Source: Candidatus Kerfeldbacteria bacterium CG15_BIG_FIL_POST_REV_8_21_14_020_45_12 (lineage in GTDB: Bacteria; Patescibacteriota; Patescibacteriia; UBA9570; XYC2-FULL-38-9). From it: DNA of 64,000 bases. Below are positions 38,163-47,885 of this stretch, piece after piece; within the stretch, counting starts at the first letter, position 1, and each line of letters begins with the position of its first letter. The notes beneath the pieces were generated by a model. The model made no database searches and was not told the DNA's origin. It saw only the letters and a list, made by a program, of their open reading frames with translations. The translations under genes were made by a program, and so were the position numbers. The stretch spans positions 6,304 to 70,303 of the forward strand of contig PFGC01000050.1 in NCBI GenBank assembly GCA_002781785.1. Direction: 5' to 3'.

Positions 38163-39121
38163 CAGCAGTAGTGCCCACCTATAACGAGGCTAGTCGGATA
38201 GCTGCTGTTTTACAAACTCTGTGTACGAGTCCAGATATAGCAGAGGTTATTGTGGTAGATGATGGCTCCACTGACAACACTGCAGAAGTTGTAGGCGCTT
38301 TTGATGTTCGTTATATACCAAGTCATTCCAATCAAGGTAAGGGAGCCGCAATGGAAATTGGCGTGCAGGCATCTTGTAACGCAGTAATCTTTTTCGCTGA
38401 CGCTGATGTGACCGGCTTAACGCACGACATGATTCATACTATTACGAATCCTGTTGTTAGAGGTGATGTTGATATGTTCATTGGTATGCGCAACCGAAAG
38501 ATTTACTATCTTCAAAAAATAATTATCTTTGTTCCGCTAGCTGGAGGTGAACGAGCTGTCACTAGGCGACTTTGGAATACTCTCCCAAACTATTATAAGC
38601 ACAGATTTCGTGTTGAGGTTGGTCTAAACTTTTTTGCACAATACTATGGTAATGGATTTCGGTTCACTATCATCAAAGGACTTAAGCAGGTAGTAAAAGA
38701 GAAGAAATACGGCTTGCTCAACGGATTGCTTCAGCGCTTCAAAATGGTGTTAAATATAATAACTGCTCAAATCAAGCTTCAGTTTGTTCATGTTCCAAAA
38801 TCAGCCAAGAACCGCCGTTTGCTAGCTCTAGTTTCTGTCCAGAGTCTCGTTGGCCTCGGTATTGGGATCATGTTAGTGATGGCTGCCTATTACGGTCCGG
38901 CTGACTTTATTTCCCTGATATTTTCTGAAGAGCTACAGGAGGATCCAGGTGCATTGTTCCCTAAATTACTGCTCCGCATTTCCAGGGCAACGGCTTGGGG
39001 CACACTCTTGTCCATTGGGGCATTTATCGCGATGGCTAACCTTATATCTTTTTTGTTGACTGCCAAAAATCTCTTAATGGTTTTTCGAGGGATCAAGAGC
39101 AAGATAGATTTGCAAGAGTAA
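38132..39121 (+). CDS. family-2 glycosyltransferase with C-terminal TM segments
   Basis: 329 aa; VVPTYNEASRI...VVDDGSTDNT GT-A motif. Confidence 0.8.
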   Translation: MDRKETHQKITAVVPTYNEASRIAAVLQTLCTSPDIAEVIVVDDGSTDNTAEVVGAFDVRYIPSHSNQGKGAAMEIGVQASCNAVIFFADADVTGLTHDMIHTITNPVVRGDVDMFIGMRNRKIYYLQKIIIFVPLAGGERAVTRRLWNTLPNYYKHRFRVEVGLNFFAQYYGNGFRFTIIKGLKQVVKEKKYGLLNGLLQRFKMVLNIITAQIKLQFVHVPKSAKNRRLLALVSVQSLVGLGIGIMLVMAAYYGPADFISLIFSEELQEDPGALFPKLLLRISRATAWGTLLSIGAFIAMANLISFLLTAKNLLMVFRGIKSKIDLQE

Positions 39122-39186
39122 CTGAAGCTAGCGCAAACTTTCGCCAGCTCTGGTATACTGTTGGCAGAAAAAACTACCAAAAAATC

Positions 39187-40812
39187 ATGCAAAACGTAGA
39201 CGCCTACATTCAAAAAATTCACTCCAGCCTACATGGCAGCGGGCCAGTTAATGTGTCACTATTTGTTAACGATCACATGCTCCTGCAGCCGGTGCTTCAT
39301 TCCAAGCTCTCAACAAAAGAGGTAGACATCGCCGCGCTGACATACTCCCTTCTAAGATTGCCTTTTCAGGTTCTTCAAAGCAAACACCTTTTTCTTGGGC
39401 AGTCAGATAGGGTCATGGAAAAAGCTGGCATTGATCTTAACTCAAAGGACTGGGACCACGTGGAGGCTCTAGCCAGAGCTCGCAAGTGTAGATATAAAGC
39501 CAGCAAGAAACACCTAGCTCTGTTCATCGCCAGCAATACCGATGTCGAGGACATTGTGACAAACTTAACCGCTATCTACATTGAGCTTGTAAAACTGCAT
39601 GCTAAATCAAATAGCGGCACTGCGCTCGAGGACAGTTTTGTTAACCGAGAAGATTTTGACAAGCTACAGGAAATTTTAGGTGACCACTTATCTCAGTTTG
39701 CAGACCTCGTGAAGAAGCCAATAGACTGGAAGGTTCAACTGTTGGCCGGTTCTCAGATGGATTACTCAAGAACTGTTCAGCAGTGGTGGATCAATATCGC
39801 TTCAAGCCGAAAGAAGGTTCCGGTCAACGTGTATGATCAGCCTATTTATTTTGTATCTTCTAACTCACATTCACTAATAAATGTGCTGTCAGGATTTCCT
39901 CTGTACAAAAAAAGTTTTATTGAGAAAATTGCCAAGCAAAGATTGGAGGAGCAGCGGCAGGCATTTGAAGACGAAGGTGTTCCGCCAGAGAACGTCCTCT
40001 ATTATTTATCACGCTTTGCGAATAAAAAAGAACAATATCGTCGTGAGCTAAAGGATTTTGAGAAGAAGTACGGCCTCTATCGGATTGCCCCCTATCACAA
40101 TATTGATATTGAAGGTCAGGTGTTCTCCATCAAGGATTTTATAAAAAATCCACACATGGATCCGCGGCTTAAAATCTCAGCTGCCCAAAAGAAGCAACTG
40201 CTCAAGAGTAACGCGCTAATTGTTAACATAGCTTACCCTTTAGGCATGGCTTCCTATCATATTCTGAAGGAGGTGAGCGAAAACGCTGAAGAGGTCAGAG
40301 GAGTTTATATCACGGGCAAGGCCGCTGCTTTAAACGCCAACATTGGTGATATCACTATTCCCCACTACGTTTACGATCATCACTTTGATAACGAAATTTT
40401 TGTTCACAACGATTTCAACAAAGATACCTTTAAGTCATACATGCAAAAGCAGTCAGTTCTTGATGCTCAAAAGGCGGTAACGGTGCGTGGTACCTATTTG
40501 CAAAACGTTGAGAGTCTACAAGCTGACTTTGCTGCTGGACGGACTATCGTTGAAATGGAGGCCGGCCCCTATCTAGAAAGACTTTATGAAATGATTTACC
40601 CAGAGCGGCATCCTCAAAACTCAACATTTGTGGTAAATCCTGATATCAGACTTGGCATGGCCTACTATGTCAGTGATACTCCATATCGATCAGAGGTAAA
40701 CCTAGGTATAAAACGACTCACCTGGGAGGGTTTAAATGGCACTTATGGTATTAGCCTTGGTATCGTTCAAGACATTCTGAATGTTGAGTGCAGCAGACAC
40801 GGCAAGAAGTAG
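39187..40812 (+). CDS. protein with C-terminal PNP/MTAN-family nucleoside phosphorylase-like domain (AMP nucleosidase-like)
   Basis: 541 aa; ITGKAAALNANIGDITIP...IVEMEAGP matches the NTGSAGG...VEME pattern of the PNP_UDP fold; the N-terminal ~330 aa are unknown. Confidence 0.4.
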   Translation: MQNVDAYIQKIHSSLHGSGPVNVSLFVNDHMLLQPVLHSKLSTKEVDIAALTYSLLRLPFQVLQSKHLFLGQSDRVMEKAGIDLNSKDWDHVEALARARKCRYKASKKHLALFIASNTDVEDIVTNLTAIYIELVKLHAKSNSGTALEDSFVNREDFDKLQEILGDHLSQFADLVKKPIDWKVQLLAGSQMDYSRTVQQWWINIASSRKKVPVNVYDQPIYFVSSNSHSLINVLSGFPLYKKSFIEKIAKQRLEEQRQAFEDEGVPPENVLYYLSRFANKKEQYRRELKDFEKKYGLYRIAPYHNIDIEGQVFSIKDFIKNPHMDPRLKISAAQKKQLLKSNALIVNIAYPLGMASYHILKEVSENAEEVRGVYITGKAAALNANIGDITIPHYVYDHHFDNEIFVHNDFNKDTFKSYMQKQSVLDAQKAVTVRGTYLQNVESLQADFAAGRTIVEMEAGPYLERLYEMIYPERHPQNSTFVVNPDIRLGMAYYVSDTPYRSEVNLGIKRLTWEGLNGTYGISLGIVQDILNVECSRHGKK

Positions 40813-40888
40813 GCCTTGCTCAAGCAGAAGTCCATTGCTGGTGAAAGCATGATATAATAAAGGCTTAATAGATAATGTTTATATTGTT

Positions 40889-41263
40889 ATGGATATTTTG
40901 TTAGTTATCGGACGTGTATTGTTTGGAGGATTCTTCCTGGTATCTGGAATGAATCACTTCATGAAGATCAACGACATGGCCGCCTATGCGCAGATGAAAA
41001 AAGTACCAATGGCCAAATTTAGCGTTATGCTCACAGGTCTACTCTTGATAGTTGGAGGGCTCAGCGTGGTCTTCAATTATGAGATTCATTATGGTTACGC
41101 CCTTCTGGTAATCTTCTTAGTGCCAACCACCTTTATCATGCACCAATTTTGGGCAGTGAAGGAGGATAAGCAACAAATGATGGTAGAGATGACCTCTTTT
41201 ATGAAAAATATCGCTCTACTCGGCGCAGTCGTTATGGGACTGGCTAGCACTTGGCCAATCTAG
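40889..41263 (+). CDS. DoxX-family membrane protein
   Basis: 124 aa; four TM helices, DoxX-like. Confidence 0.7.
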   Translation: MDILLVIGRVLFGGFFLVSGMNHFMKINDMAAYAQMKKVPMAKFSVMLTGLLLIVGGLSVVFNYEIHYGYALLVIFLVPTTFIMHQFWAVKEDKQQMMVEMTSFMKNIALLGAVVMGLASTWPI

Positions 41264-41515
41264 AAAACTGTTAGAATAGTTATAAATAAAGCGCCCCAGT
41301 CGGGGCGTTTTATTTTGTGGGTAATTATAGCTTAGACACTGCTGTATCTCTTGCAGAAAAATTAAAAAGCCCATATCCTGTTCGAGCAGACGTTCGATCT
41401 ATACATTGGTGATTTGTCGTAATGGGCACCGGATAGAGTATTTATTACTCTATAGTATGACCATTAGGATTTCGTCCACTGTATTAGGCAGGCGCTGTTT
41501 AATACATTAGTTAAA

Positions 41516-42052
41516 TTGAGTATGTTCTGGATTTTAGTATTCGGAATTATTATTAGTTTTTTTGCGTGCTGGACAATCGGTGCCAACGATGCGGCTAACG
41601 CCATGGGAACCTCTGTTGGTTCAAAGGCACTAACCTTTAAACGCGCCGTCATTATTGGTGGTATCTTCGAGTTTTTGGGAGCTGTATTGGTGGGCGCCAA
41701 AGTAACAGGCACCATTAGTAATGGGATTATTGATCCAGCTGTGCTTGCCACTAACGCAGGGTACGCCATGCTAGCCATGCTGGCGGCGCTCTTAACTACG
41801 GGACTATTTTTACTTCTAGCTAGTAAGTGGGGAATTCCAGTTTCTACCACTCACGCTATCGTGGGCTCTATGGCTGGCGTTGGTATTGCTTTGGGTGGGC
41901 TCAGCGTTGTGCACTGGAATGTTTTAGGAAAAATTGCGGCTAGTTGGGTAGTATCACCTGTGGTTGGAGGGCTCATCGCCTTTCTGATAATGCGATTAAT
42001 TAAATCGCAAATCATTTATCGAGAAGACGCTGACTACCGCATGTATCTCTAA
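41516..42052 (+). CDS. PiT-family phosphate transporter half-protein (repeat unit A)
   Basis: 178 aa with GANDAANAMG and STTHAIVGSMAGVG signatures. It is one repeat unit of the PHO4/PiT fold. Confidence 0.7.
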   Translation: MSMFWILVFGIIISFFACWTIGANDAANAMGTSVGSKALTFKRAVIIGGIFEFLGAVLVGAKVTGTISNGIIDPAVLATNAGYAMLAMLAALLTTGLFLLLASKWGIPVSTTHAIVGSMAGVGIALGGLSVVHWNVLGKIAASWVVSPVVGGLIAFLIMRLIKSQIIYREDADYRMYL

Positions 42053-42738
42053 CCAAGTAATGCTCTCAAAAAATAGAAGATAACGCCGGCACACATGGCC
42101 ACGAAAGGAATCTGTAAAATCCAGATTGCGAAGGTTTTTCTAAGAAGTTTTTTGTCGAGTACAGCTTTTTCTTTTCTAGCTAGTCCTACTCCGATAATTG
42201 AACCAACAATAGTGTGAGTGGTTGAGATCGGCATACCTAGCTGTGATGCAAATAGAACCGTGGTAGCAGCCGCAAATTCTGCAGCAAAGCCTCGCATTGG
42301 TGTAATTTCTGTAATACCTTTACCTAGAGTTTTCATAACATTACGGCCATACATGGCAAGTCCCAGAAAAATTCCAGAGCCACCCAAGACTAGGACCCAA
42401 AAGGGTACACCCACACTAGCAGCCAAAGATCCATTTTTGTATATATTTGCCATAGCTGCCAAGGGACCAATGCCGTTAGCCACGTCATTGGCTCCGTGCG
42501 CGAAGGCCACATAGGCTGCCGTCAGTATTTGCAAGTAGCCAAAGGTTCTCAACACATTCAAACCTGGCTTCCCCTCCTTGGCTTTGTCTTTTCTCTTGAA
42601 ACTAAGTCCGGCATATACTGCAACTCCTACTAACAGGGCTAAAATAGCTGCCACAATTGAAGCCTCACCAAACGAGAAATCTAGCTTGAGGTTTTTTAGT
42701 CCCTTGAAGACAATAGATAAAAAGAGGACAAAAACCAC
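42049..42738 (-). CDS. PiT-family phosphate transporter half-protein (repeat unit B)
   Basis: 229 aa with GANDVANGIG and STTHTIVGSIIGVG signatures. It is convergent with the other half and overlaps it by 4 bp. Confidence 0.7.
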   Translation of the reverse strand: MVFVLFLSIVFKGLKNLKLDFSFGEASIVAAILALLVGVAVYAGLSFKRKDKAKEGKPGLNVLRTFGYLQILTAAYVAFAHGANDVANGIGPLAAMANIYKNGSLAASVGVPFWVLVLGGSGIFLGLAMYGRNVMKTLGKGITEITPMRGFAAEFAAATTVLFASQLGMPISTTHTIVGSIIGVGLARKEKAVLDKKLLRKTFAIWILQIPFVAMCAGVIFYFLRALLG

Positions 42739-42785
42739 AAGTGAGACCAGATACGGGGTTTAGGTAGCTGCTAATGGCCAAATAA

Positions 42786-42815
42786 AAAATGACCCTCACT
42801 TGAGGGTCATTTTTG
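42786..42815. terminator. terminator hairpin (aaaatgaccctc-actt-gagggtcattttt)
   Basis: Perfect inverted repeat with a T-run, immediately 3' of the surface-protein gene at 42823. Confidence 0.55.
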
Positions 42816-42822
42816 TGTACCT

Positions 42823-43983
42823 TTATTTCAGTTTCTTTGTGGCCGCTTTGCTGCACCCAAAGGCGTTACAGGATAGGACTGTAGCTTTTAGGCCAGATTT
42901 CTTCAATTTCTTTTTATCTTTTTTAGTAAAAGATAATTTGGTTTTAGCAACGTTGCTGTAGGTGATAATCTTTTTACCCTTTTTGTTCTTCACAAAAACT
43001 TTGTAGTAAGATGCGCCACTAACGGTGTTCCAGGACACCAGCTTCTTGCTAGCCTTTTTTACTTTAGACTTAGTTGGTTCAAGCTGATTGCTATCCACCG
43101 AGCAAGTATCTCCTTCAGAGCCGCCAACACAATCAGTTAAATCAGAATCGTCAGCGCCTACAGCAGAAGATTTAACTACCTCACCCTTTTCTGTAGTGAA
43201 GGTTAGCACAACCGGAGTCCCCCATAATCGGTGGTCAACTAGATCATAAATCTTCTTGGTAGAAGCTGTCGCAATTAGAACGAAGTTACCGTTGTAAAAC
43301 TTATTTCTAAAGTCATAGTATTCCCAAGAATCACCGGACGAAGCGTACTTCGTTGTCGAAGTAGATGTCTCCATAGTATCTCCGCTTACCTCAAAGAAGG
43401 ATAGATCAATCTTGACACTGCTGTCGTCTGCCTCTGGGTTTGTCCAGGATACCGTGCCGTCAGTGGCAATAGATAGTCCAGTTACTGGAGCAACGCTGGT
43501 GGCGTAGTATTCATTGTCGGTTACGCTTGGGTATGCTTCGTCAGAGCTAGTTGTAAAAATACCATCAACGCGAAACTGATATTCTGTAGCTGGGGTCAAT
43601 CCAGTAAAGGTGTATTGTAGCTCACCGCTACCGTCGTCATTCAAGACAAGTTGAACTTCTTCGCTTCCAACTGAAGTTTGAATGTCCTCCGTCATGTTTA
43701 CCGTAACGCCTTCAAAGTTAGAGTAGCCCATTGGTAACTTAACTGTGCAATTTGAATCATCAAACGACGGTACGAATTGCATAGTAATTGTAGTCGGTGT
43801 AGCCGCTACTGGTTCAGCGTAGATTTCTAGAGTTGAGCCAGTAGTTTCTGTGTAGGCCTCGTGGGCGCTACAGTCACTAATTGTATTTTCGTAGCCATAG
43901 GTTGCCTGAGCTGCTGAGGCACTGATCATAAATAGACCCGTGGCCACAACGGAGCTTAGAAATAGCGCTCGATGTGATTTCAT
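42823..43983 (-). CDS. secreted surface protein with C-terminal Lys-rich Fn3-like module (paralog 2 of 4)
   Basis: 386 aa; signal peptide; C-terminus KSKVKKASKKLVSWNTVSGASYYKVFVKNKKG...LSCNAFGCSKAATKK. Confidence 0.55.
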   Translation of the reverse strand: MKSHRALFLSSVVATGLFMISASAAQATYGYENTISDCSAHEAYTETTGSTLEIYAEPVAATPTTITMQFVPSFDDSNCTVKLPMGYSNFEGVTVNMTEDIQTSVGSEEVQLVLNDDGSGELQYTFTGLTPATEYQFRVDGIFTTSSDEAYPSVTDNEYYATSVAPVTGLSIATDGTVSWTNPEADDSSVKIDLSFFEVSGDTMETSTSTTKYASSGDSWEYYDFRNKFYNGNFVLIATASTKKIYDLVDHRLWGTPVVLTFTTEKGEVVKSSAVGADDSDLTDCVGGSEGDTCSVDSNQLEPTKSKVKKASKKLVSWNTVSGASYYKVFVKNKKGKKIITYSNVAKTKLSFTKKDKKKLKKSGLKATVLSCNAFGCSKAATKKLK

Positions 43984-44147
43984 GTTGACGTCTTTATAAG
44001 ATAAATTTCAGGCCAATCATAGCCACCCACAGGTCATTAGTCAACTTAAAGTTGGCTGAGTTTTGCATTGGATAAGCATCAATCAAACAAGCTTACTTAA
44101 ATTTACTGCCAGATACAAAATGACCGCCACAGGGCGGTCATTTATTA

Positions 44148-44222
44148 TGGAGCGGGTAACGAGAATCGAACTCGTATCTCTGCCTTGGCAAGGCAATATA
44201 ATAGCCATTATACGATACCCGC
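44148..44222 (-). tRNA. tRNA-Gly (anticodon GCC)
   Basis: Acceptor GCGGGTA/TACCCGC, anticodon loop TTGCCAA, T arm ACGAG-TTCGATT-CTCGT, encoded CCA; a terminator hairpin follows at ~44119-44142. Confidence 0.85.
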
Positions 44223-44378
44223 GTAGATTACGCCCACAAATTGGGCAGCGGGAAACAGTATACCAAACCCCACGGAATCATCAAGTGTTAGTTCCAAAAA
44301 ACCCTAATTATATTGACAAAAATGCAATAAAATGCTATTGTATATAAATCAATTACAATCTCTAAAACTGTAGCTTGT

Positions 44379-44570
44379 ATGAGCCAGGATCAATTTTCAA
44401 AAATAAATCAAGCTGCTAAGCAAGGTTCATCGCCGGAAGATTTGTATGCAGCTTTTCAGGAGGAATTGTTGCAAATACAAAAAGATGGTGAGAGTGAGCT
44501 TGAGACCTTGCGTCGGCATGTAGACGAGCAGAGGCTTGCCGACTTAAAAAATGATATTGAAGAATTGTAA
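44379..44570 (+). CDS. small hypothetical helical protein
   Basis: 63 aa, charged/helical composition; directly precedes the 299-aa hypothetical. Confidence 0.3.
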   Translation: MSQDQFSKINQAAKQGSSPEDLYAAFQEELLQIQKDGESELETLRRHVDEQRLADLKNDIEEL

Positions 44571-45450
44571 TTTTATGAAACCAGGTCAGGACCATCTATC
44601 ACTACAGAGAAGGCGTCAACAGACGGCAGAGTCAGGCGTTGCCCCAGCTGCCAGGGAGCCTCATGTGACTCCCTTAGATATGACTGAGGCTACAGCGGTT
44701 CTCCGTAGAGAAGATCCAGCGCTGCTAGATCAAAGTACGCGCATGCATCTATCCCGAGCTAGTTTGAACGAGTCCTTGCAAGCCAGGCATGAATTTCAAA
44801 GCAGAGTAGATGGCCTGCGTAGAGCTTTTGAATCTGGTCAAACAGAGGCCTATGTCCGTCCCCCTTCTCATTTTAAAGTAGATGGTGAAGGAAGCGTAAT
44901 TCAAGTCCTGCAAGAAGGCGGTACAATTTACACAGCAGATAGAAAGGTTGGCTATCAACTTCCTTATAGCGATTTAGACCGTATTGGCCGCAAAGTTGAG
45001 CATGGTATCAGAGCCGCCACGGCTTTATTTGGGTATCGGCTTCTCGAAATGCACGGAGCCATTAAAGCAGAAGACATCTTTAGGTATATTGATGATGTGG
45101 TTTTGGCGGGCGAGGCGAACACTGGTGATAATAGACATGAGGCAATATTGAGAGAAGCAGAAAAATTATTCGCATTCGATGAACAGCTAAGTCATGACGC
45201 TATTCTCAAAGATGAAATGGGCGGAGATTTTGTAGACTATGATAACAGTGATTACGCTTTTACTCTGCGAATGCGGTCGTTGGATAGCCCGGTAGCGGTT
45301 GAGAGGCTTAATGGAATTTGTGAGATAGCTCTAGCTCGTGGTCGCGAAGAGGAGCAAGCTCGTTTGGCAAGTAAGTATGGCGAAAGTAGCCCTGTCTATC
45401 AGGCTCACGCTGTTATTGCCAAGGTCATCTCCGGATACGATGTCATGTAA
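44551..45450 (+). CDS. hypothetical protein
   Basis: 299 aa; no recognised motif; the true start is possibly the internal MKPGQDH. Confidence 0.4.
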   Translation: MILKNCNFMKPGQDHLSLQRRRQQTAESGVAPAAREPHVTPLDMTEATAVLRREDPALLDQSTRMHLSRASLNESLQARHEFQSRVDGLRRAFESGQTEAYVRPPSHFKVDGEGSVIQVLQEGGTIYTADRKVGYQLPYSDLDRIGRKVEHGIRAATALFGYRLLEMHGAIKAEDIFRYIDDVVLAGEANTGDNRHEAILREAEKLFAFDEQLSHDAILKDEMGGDFVDYDNSDYAFTLRMRSLDSPVAVERLNGICEIALARGREEEQARLASKYGESSPVYQAHAVIAKVISGYDVM

Positions 45451-45515
45451 AATTTGATATTTTTTTTAAAAAAAGAGAGTGAGTCACCAATTTGGCAACT
45501 CACTCAAAATTATTC

Positions 45516-45935
45516 TCAAGCCCGACCAATCCAAGAAACATTGGAGGGCAGGCCAGCTGGACGAAGCGTCCGGATGCGCTCGACGATCTCCGGAACTCTT
45601 GCTGTCAGCAGCAGGAGACGCTCACGGGCTTCTTCCGTCAGTCGAGTCTCACCGACAGCTGCGATGTCACACTGTTGAATGGCGTCCAGCTTTACTCGCA
45701 CCGTGACCCAGGGGCCACTGCGGCGAATCCTGGTAATCATGCGAGCGCTGTAGATCTCATGTCGAACGAAGTGCAGCAGGAGACGCTCCAGGTCGAAGAC
45801 CAGAATCGTGCCGTCGGCTGCGTAGATGACTGCCTCACCATCAGGCCGGCGAAACTCCCAGTCGGTCAGTTCCATGGGCCTGATGACAGTTTCACGGATC
45901 ATGCGCGCTCCCACGAGGATGGCTTCTTCTTTCAC
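45516..45935 (-). CDS. hypothetical protein on a high-GC islet
   Basis: 139 aa; protein-like composition; GC is visibly elevated; the strand choice against the overlapping 45492..46055(+) ORF is uncertain. Confidence 0.3.
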   Translation of the reverse strand: MKEEAILVGARMIRETVIRPMELTDWEFRRPDGEAVIYAADGTILVFDLERLLLHFVRHEIYSARMITRIRRSGPWVTVRVKLDAIQQCDIAAVGETRLTEEARERLLLLTARVPEIVERIRTLRPAGLPSNVSWIGRA

Positions 45936-46169
45936 GGTTCACTCCTGGTTTTTCTGCCAAATTCAGGCAGCTGGTTGGGTGAACAAAAACAAAGACGCCT
46001 CCCCGAGAGGGAGACGTCGCTGTTTCTGCACACGTTTAGTTCCTCTACGGGGTAGGCGAAGAGGAGGAGGATGAAACGAATTGTTTACCACAATACATGT
46101 GCATGAAGAGAATTTACACCTATCAACCAAGCGCGTCAAGATCAGTAGTTGTAATTGGTGTTGCAGTTA

Positions 46170-47627
46170 TTAAACCAAAATGTCCCACCCTTCATCGAGG
46201 GCCACTTTTTTTAACTCTGGATCAGGATGAACAGCCGTCTTATGTTTAATCAGCTCGAGCATAGGTCTGTCTGAGATAGAATCAGCGTAGCCATAACTCT
46301 TTGTTAGGTCGACACCAAATTGCTCAGCAAACTCGGTAACTAAATCAGCTTTGGTTTGGCCATAGTTTAAGCGCGCTACTTCGCCTGTGTAAATGCCTTT
46401 TTCATGAACTAGCTGTGTGTCAATGACTGAAAGTGCATCAAAATAGTTTTTGAATTGTTTAGCGAGCGGCTCAATAATTTCAGTTACCAATATTATCATA
46501 TGGCCCTGCTCCTTGTGGTCCTTCAAAACTGGAATCATGTGTTTTTGGAGGTGTTCCAGAATGTGTTCGTTAAAAAACTTAGCTGCTTCCTCTTCCACTT
46601 GCTTAGTTGTGTGACCCTTCATAATCGAGAGCGCCCGTTTCATTAACGAGCCATGGGGTAAGAGATGGAACTTCTCCAGCATCAACCAGAGGAAAACCTG
46701 AAAGACTACGCGACGGGGTACTAACCCTTTGGCCATTAGGTGTTTCAAGAAATCCTGTTGGGAATACCCCTTGTATAGAGTATTATCAACGTCCACAAAG
46801 ACACCAATATTATCGGGATGGTATTCTTCCATGTATTCTGGCAAGTATCTAACTGGAAGTAGGGTAATCATTGCTTGTTTAACTTCTTCTTGTTGTTTTT
46901 CAACTGCCTCCCGGAATGAAAAATCCTTTGTGACCTCAGCTGGTTCAATCAAGCCATCAAACCGAACGGTTACAGTGCCAGGTCTTTGGTGCAAAGGGTC
47001 CATGGCTATTTTTTCTAAACCAATCAGGCTCATCGGCATAATTGGAGTTTTTGATCGTATAGAAACTCTAGCGGCCCCAGTGTGTAAATAGTGCAGCTGC
47101 TTGGTGCGTTCGTAGTGTCCTTCTGGAAAAACTAAAACATTATGATGCTGCTCATTTACCGCATCAATCAGTTTACGGAGAGCCGCCTCTTTTTCATTAG
47201 CTTCAGTATGCTTCTCTTCGTCAACATTATCGCGCTGGACATCAATGGCGCCAGATCGCTTCATCCATAATCCAATCGGCCACGGAAAGCTCTTAAATGG
47301 AGCTACTAGTGAATTCAGTTCAGGTCCAACGATAGCTAGCACCAAAAACCCATCCATCCAAGAGGGGTGGTTGGAAACAAAAATAACGGGATGTTCATAA
47401 TTTGGGACATGTGTTCTCAGGTCTAACTTGATTCTCGATAATTTCAACAAGCGAACTGAATTATGGTGAGAAACCAAGCGCCAAAATCGCTCTCTTTGGT
47501 CAGGTTCAATAAACTTTTCTGCCAAGAACATTAAGGGTAATAGACAAATCGCTTGTAAGACAAACGCTGCTTTTACCCATATGGCAAAGATCATTTGGAA
47601 CCAGGTTTTGTCCCAGATTGAGTTCAT
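46170..47627 (-). CDS. lysophospholipid acyltransferase (PlsC-like) fused to HAD-family hydrolase domain
   Basis: 485 aa; N-terminal TM helix plus the NHPSWMDG (HX4D) acyltransferase motif; C-terminal FVDVDNTLY (DxDxT) HAD motif. Confidence 0.7.
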   Translation of the reverse strand: MNSIWDKTWFQMIFAIWVKAAFVLQAICLLPLMFLAEKFIEPDQRERFWRLVSHHNSVRLLKLSRIKLDLRTHVPNYEHPVIFVSNHPSWMDGFLVLAIVGPELNSLVAPFKSFPWPIGLWMKRSGAIDVQRDNVDEEKHTEANEKEAALRKLIDAVNEQHHNVLVFPEGHYERTKQLHYLHTGAARVSIRSKTPIMPMSLIGLEKIAMDPLHQRPGTVTVRFDGLIEPAEVTKDFSFREAVEKQQEEVKQAMITLLPVRYLPEYMEEYHPDNIGVFVDVDNTLYKGYSQQDFLKHLMAKGLVPRRVVFQVFLWLMLEKFHLLPHGSLMKRALSIMKGHTTKQVEEEAAKFFNEHILEHLQKHMIPVLKDHKEQGHMIILVTEIIEPLAKQFKNYFDALSVIDTQLVHEKGIYTGEVARLNYGQTKADLVTEFAEQFGVDLTKSYGYADSISDRPMLELIKHKTAVHPDPELKKVALDEGWDILV

Positions 47628-47885
47628 TATTCAAATTGTTTTTTGATTTCTATTTTCTCGATTTCGTTTATGTATTGTATCATTTTTTCCACTTTTAGTC
47701 AACACAAGGGGTTGACATTTTAGTAATAGAATGGTACTTCTAGCCGGCAAGAAGAGGTGCATTTCGGTGCAGATTCTTCTCGTTCTCATACATTTTAGAT
47801 CTCACCTCTATCGTCTTCAGGCTCTGCTTGAAGGCTCCTTCCCCACCAGCGGCAATTATCCGCTCCCACCACCACGGAGGCCGAC

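Noticed and set aside
44063-44347. 94-aa plus ORF
   Set aside because: It spans tRNA-Gly(GCC) and its terminator; it is spurious.
45492-46055. 187-aa plus-strand ORF overlapping the 139-aa minus ORF on high-GC islet 3
   Set aside because: It cannot be resolved without codon-bias statistics. The plus-strand translation is S/Q/T-rich and less protein-like, so I kept the minus ORF as a tentative feature only.
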